Below are positions 61,566-64,000 of a stretch of DNA of 64,000 bases, one piece after another (position 1 is the first letter of the stretch; the number at the start of each line of letters is the position of its first letter). The stretch is from Eledone cirrhosa (taxonomy: Eukaryota). Under the pieces are notes generated by a model. That model worked only from the letters and a program-made list of their open reading frames with translations. It ran no database searches and was not told the DNA's origin. The DNA lies in the NCBI GenBank assembly GCA_964016885.1, contig OZ024740.1, positions 275,342,001 to 275,406,000 of the forward strand, given 5' to 3'. The position numbers and the translations under genes were made by a program.

Positions 61566-63562
61566 TCATAAGGTAACATTGTAAAGTTAGACAAAATAAT
61601 AATATTTAAAGGAAACAAAATAGGAAAGGGGAAGAAAAAACAGAATGAAGCAATAAAGCAGAGGGAGAGTTTGGCATTTTGTCACTATTTTGTTTTCCAT
61701 CTTTCTTATAACTGATTAAGTACAAAGAAGGAAGAGATGCAAGTAAACTTTTACTGCTTTTTCAGGGAGGTTTACACCCTTTAAAATTTTGTGAAGCAAT
61801 GTCAAACAGTGAAAAAGATGTTTCATTAAAATTATTTCTCTATCTATTTGGTAAGTTTTTAAAATAGGAAAGGTGTTGTGGGTGGGAGAAATTGAAAGTT
61901 CAAGAAAACATGGGATGTGCAGCTGTTTTACAGCTTGTATCTCATTGAGAAACTGAAGTAAAAGTATAAGTGGATTTGTCTTCATGTAAAATGATAAATA
62001 TTACTAAATTGAAACTAGTACATTTTGTGTGAAATTGGACTAGTGCCAAATTTAAAAAGGCTACCTTCATGGTATATTTATAAGCTATATTAAATAAACT
62101 ATAAATGTTTAACGTGTTTAAACTGGGTCCTATTTTATAAATGCAAATAAATGATAATTCTAAAATTAAAAGGAATCTAAAATCCCAAATACTTCTTGTT
62201 AGAATTATTTTGGATAATGGATTATCAAATATACCATGTTTGAGATATGATTATACCAATTTGTATTCCTTTTTCATGTCAAAATGTCAACATAATGCCT
62301 AATGAATAAATCAAACAACTCAGTGATCTAATAGACTTGGCAAAGGCTACACAGTTAGAAATGATGTTGTCAACTGTTCAATGTACCAACTGTATAATTT
62401 GCACTTGGTGCTTATTTTACATTATTTGATTTTTGTAATTTCTTATGGGTAGGCATTGGTTCAGTGCAGCAAGAATGTGACCTTCTGTTTCTGCTTTCTA
62501 AACCAGAAATGTTTCACCATTGTTGACTTTCAATCTAGTTTATTTCCATTCTGTAGAGTATTGGTGATGCAATCGTTTTTTTTTTATTCTATTGTTTCTT
62601 TGGTATAAGTCAGAATTTTATTTTTCTTTAACATATTTTCTTTCCAATTTAAACTATTTTGTTTCCTTATATAGAGAGGAAAGTATTTTGTTTTCATCAT
62701 GTTCCCTTATTACACTAAATCTTCCCCTTTGCTTGGTTCTAAGTATGTTTCTAGTCACACTCATGTTACTTTGTGGTAGTTTTTTATTTGTAGCAGACTA
62801 CATTATTTTTTTGTGTGGGGGACTTGGTATATTCTATCAATATCAGCTTTGGGGAGATGACTTCAGAATAATGTCTTATTCACCTAACCTCCAGTTTATT
62901 ATGTTAAAGATTTAGTTTATATTTGGGATTACCATTGTATTTCACCTATTATCATATTTCTAGCATTGAGTTCAGTTATGAATATCAATCTAACTCTTCT
63001 GACTGTTTGTTCTCTTTTAATTTTCTTTGTCATTTCTGTGTGTTCTACCTTAATAGTTTCACCTACTCTTTAGCATTAGCATTGGTGTTTCTTGGATTAT
63101 TCTTTAAATTCAATGACTATATATGACATAATTGTTAAGGTAGTAGGTTTATGATTGTAATGTTATGGGTTTGACCTCTGGACCTGTTCACACAATGTAT
63201 TGTTCAACATTGATCCAGTCAACTCAGCTGAAAATGAATGCCAGAAACATCAGGGTGGTTAACCATGCAATGGACTGGCATATTGTCCAGTGCGTAGTAT
63301 TGTACTCACACTTGTACTACCACCATTAAAACTGGTCATAAGCTTTTGCCGGAAGAGCCCCTAAGCTTGCAACAGACTTTAACTATTAACCTTAATGTAG
63401 TTTAATATTTACAGCCTTAGTTACTTTGTCTCTTATGGTAGTAGCTTTGCCACAAGTTTCTGCAGAACAACCAGTTGTATGCAGCTTAGATTTTTAGAAG
63501 TCTAGAATCGGGTATCACTAAGTAATGTTTCATGGTAGAATACATATATTGATGCTATAATA

Positions 63563-63652
<90 letters not shown>

Positions 63653-63761
63653 TGTAATAAACAACATAAGGCAATTATTTCATTTACCAGTGGTTTCTTA
63701 AAAGCAAAAAAATTTTGCTTTCAATCATCAGAATGAAAAAATCCGATGGAATTACTTCATT

Positions 63762-63792
<31 letters not shown>

Positions 63793-64000
63793 GAATCACT
63801 AGTTCCTTACGGACAACTGATGCTGCACACCAGGTCCAATGTATTTGCATATTACATTAGTTTTGCTTTGTTGCAGGGTGTGTTATGTTGTGTTATGTTG
63901 ATAGTGCTACTACATTAGTATTTCATCTGTTTGTTGTGTGGATAGGTGCTGTTGTGTGAGTTGTCTTCTTTTGTTGAAGGAGGTGGGGTGATTGTGTTTC

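Overview
AT-rich, microsatellite-dense animal genomic DNA, either intronic or intergenic. No host protein-coding exon could be supported. The SINE, RTE and Penelope repertoire looks like octopus/cephalopod DNA (inference). Main contents: (1) an apparently full-length RTE-clade LINE (37807-41540, +) with an intact APE-RT-PHD-finger ORF, four near-identical 5'-truncated sisters, and relics of other RTE families. (2) A young Neptune-type Penelope-like element (PLE; 47021-50739, -; RT + GIY-YIG) bounded by a 267-bp near-perfect inverted repeat, plus a truncated PLE of a second family (43750-45090). (3) Decayed R4/Dong-type LINEs. (4) Three tRNA-derived SINE families, mariner- and piggyBac-type MITEs, and a probable non-autonomous Helitron-like element. 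The most notable observations are three. First, a set of short, non-coding, self-inverted PLE-type inserts at (TA)n tracts carries minimal or extended hammerhead ribozyme motifs, one with compensatory stem-I changes between copies. Second, two RTE copies sit at essentially the same position in two diverged copies of one mariner-type MITE. Third, a U-UUU-UUA / TTTTTTAG site joins an upstream frame to the PLE RT frame, either by -1 frameshift or as a splice acceptor. All structures were read by eye; nothing was computed or searched.
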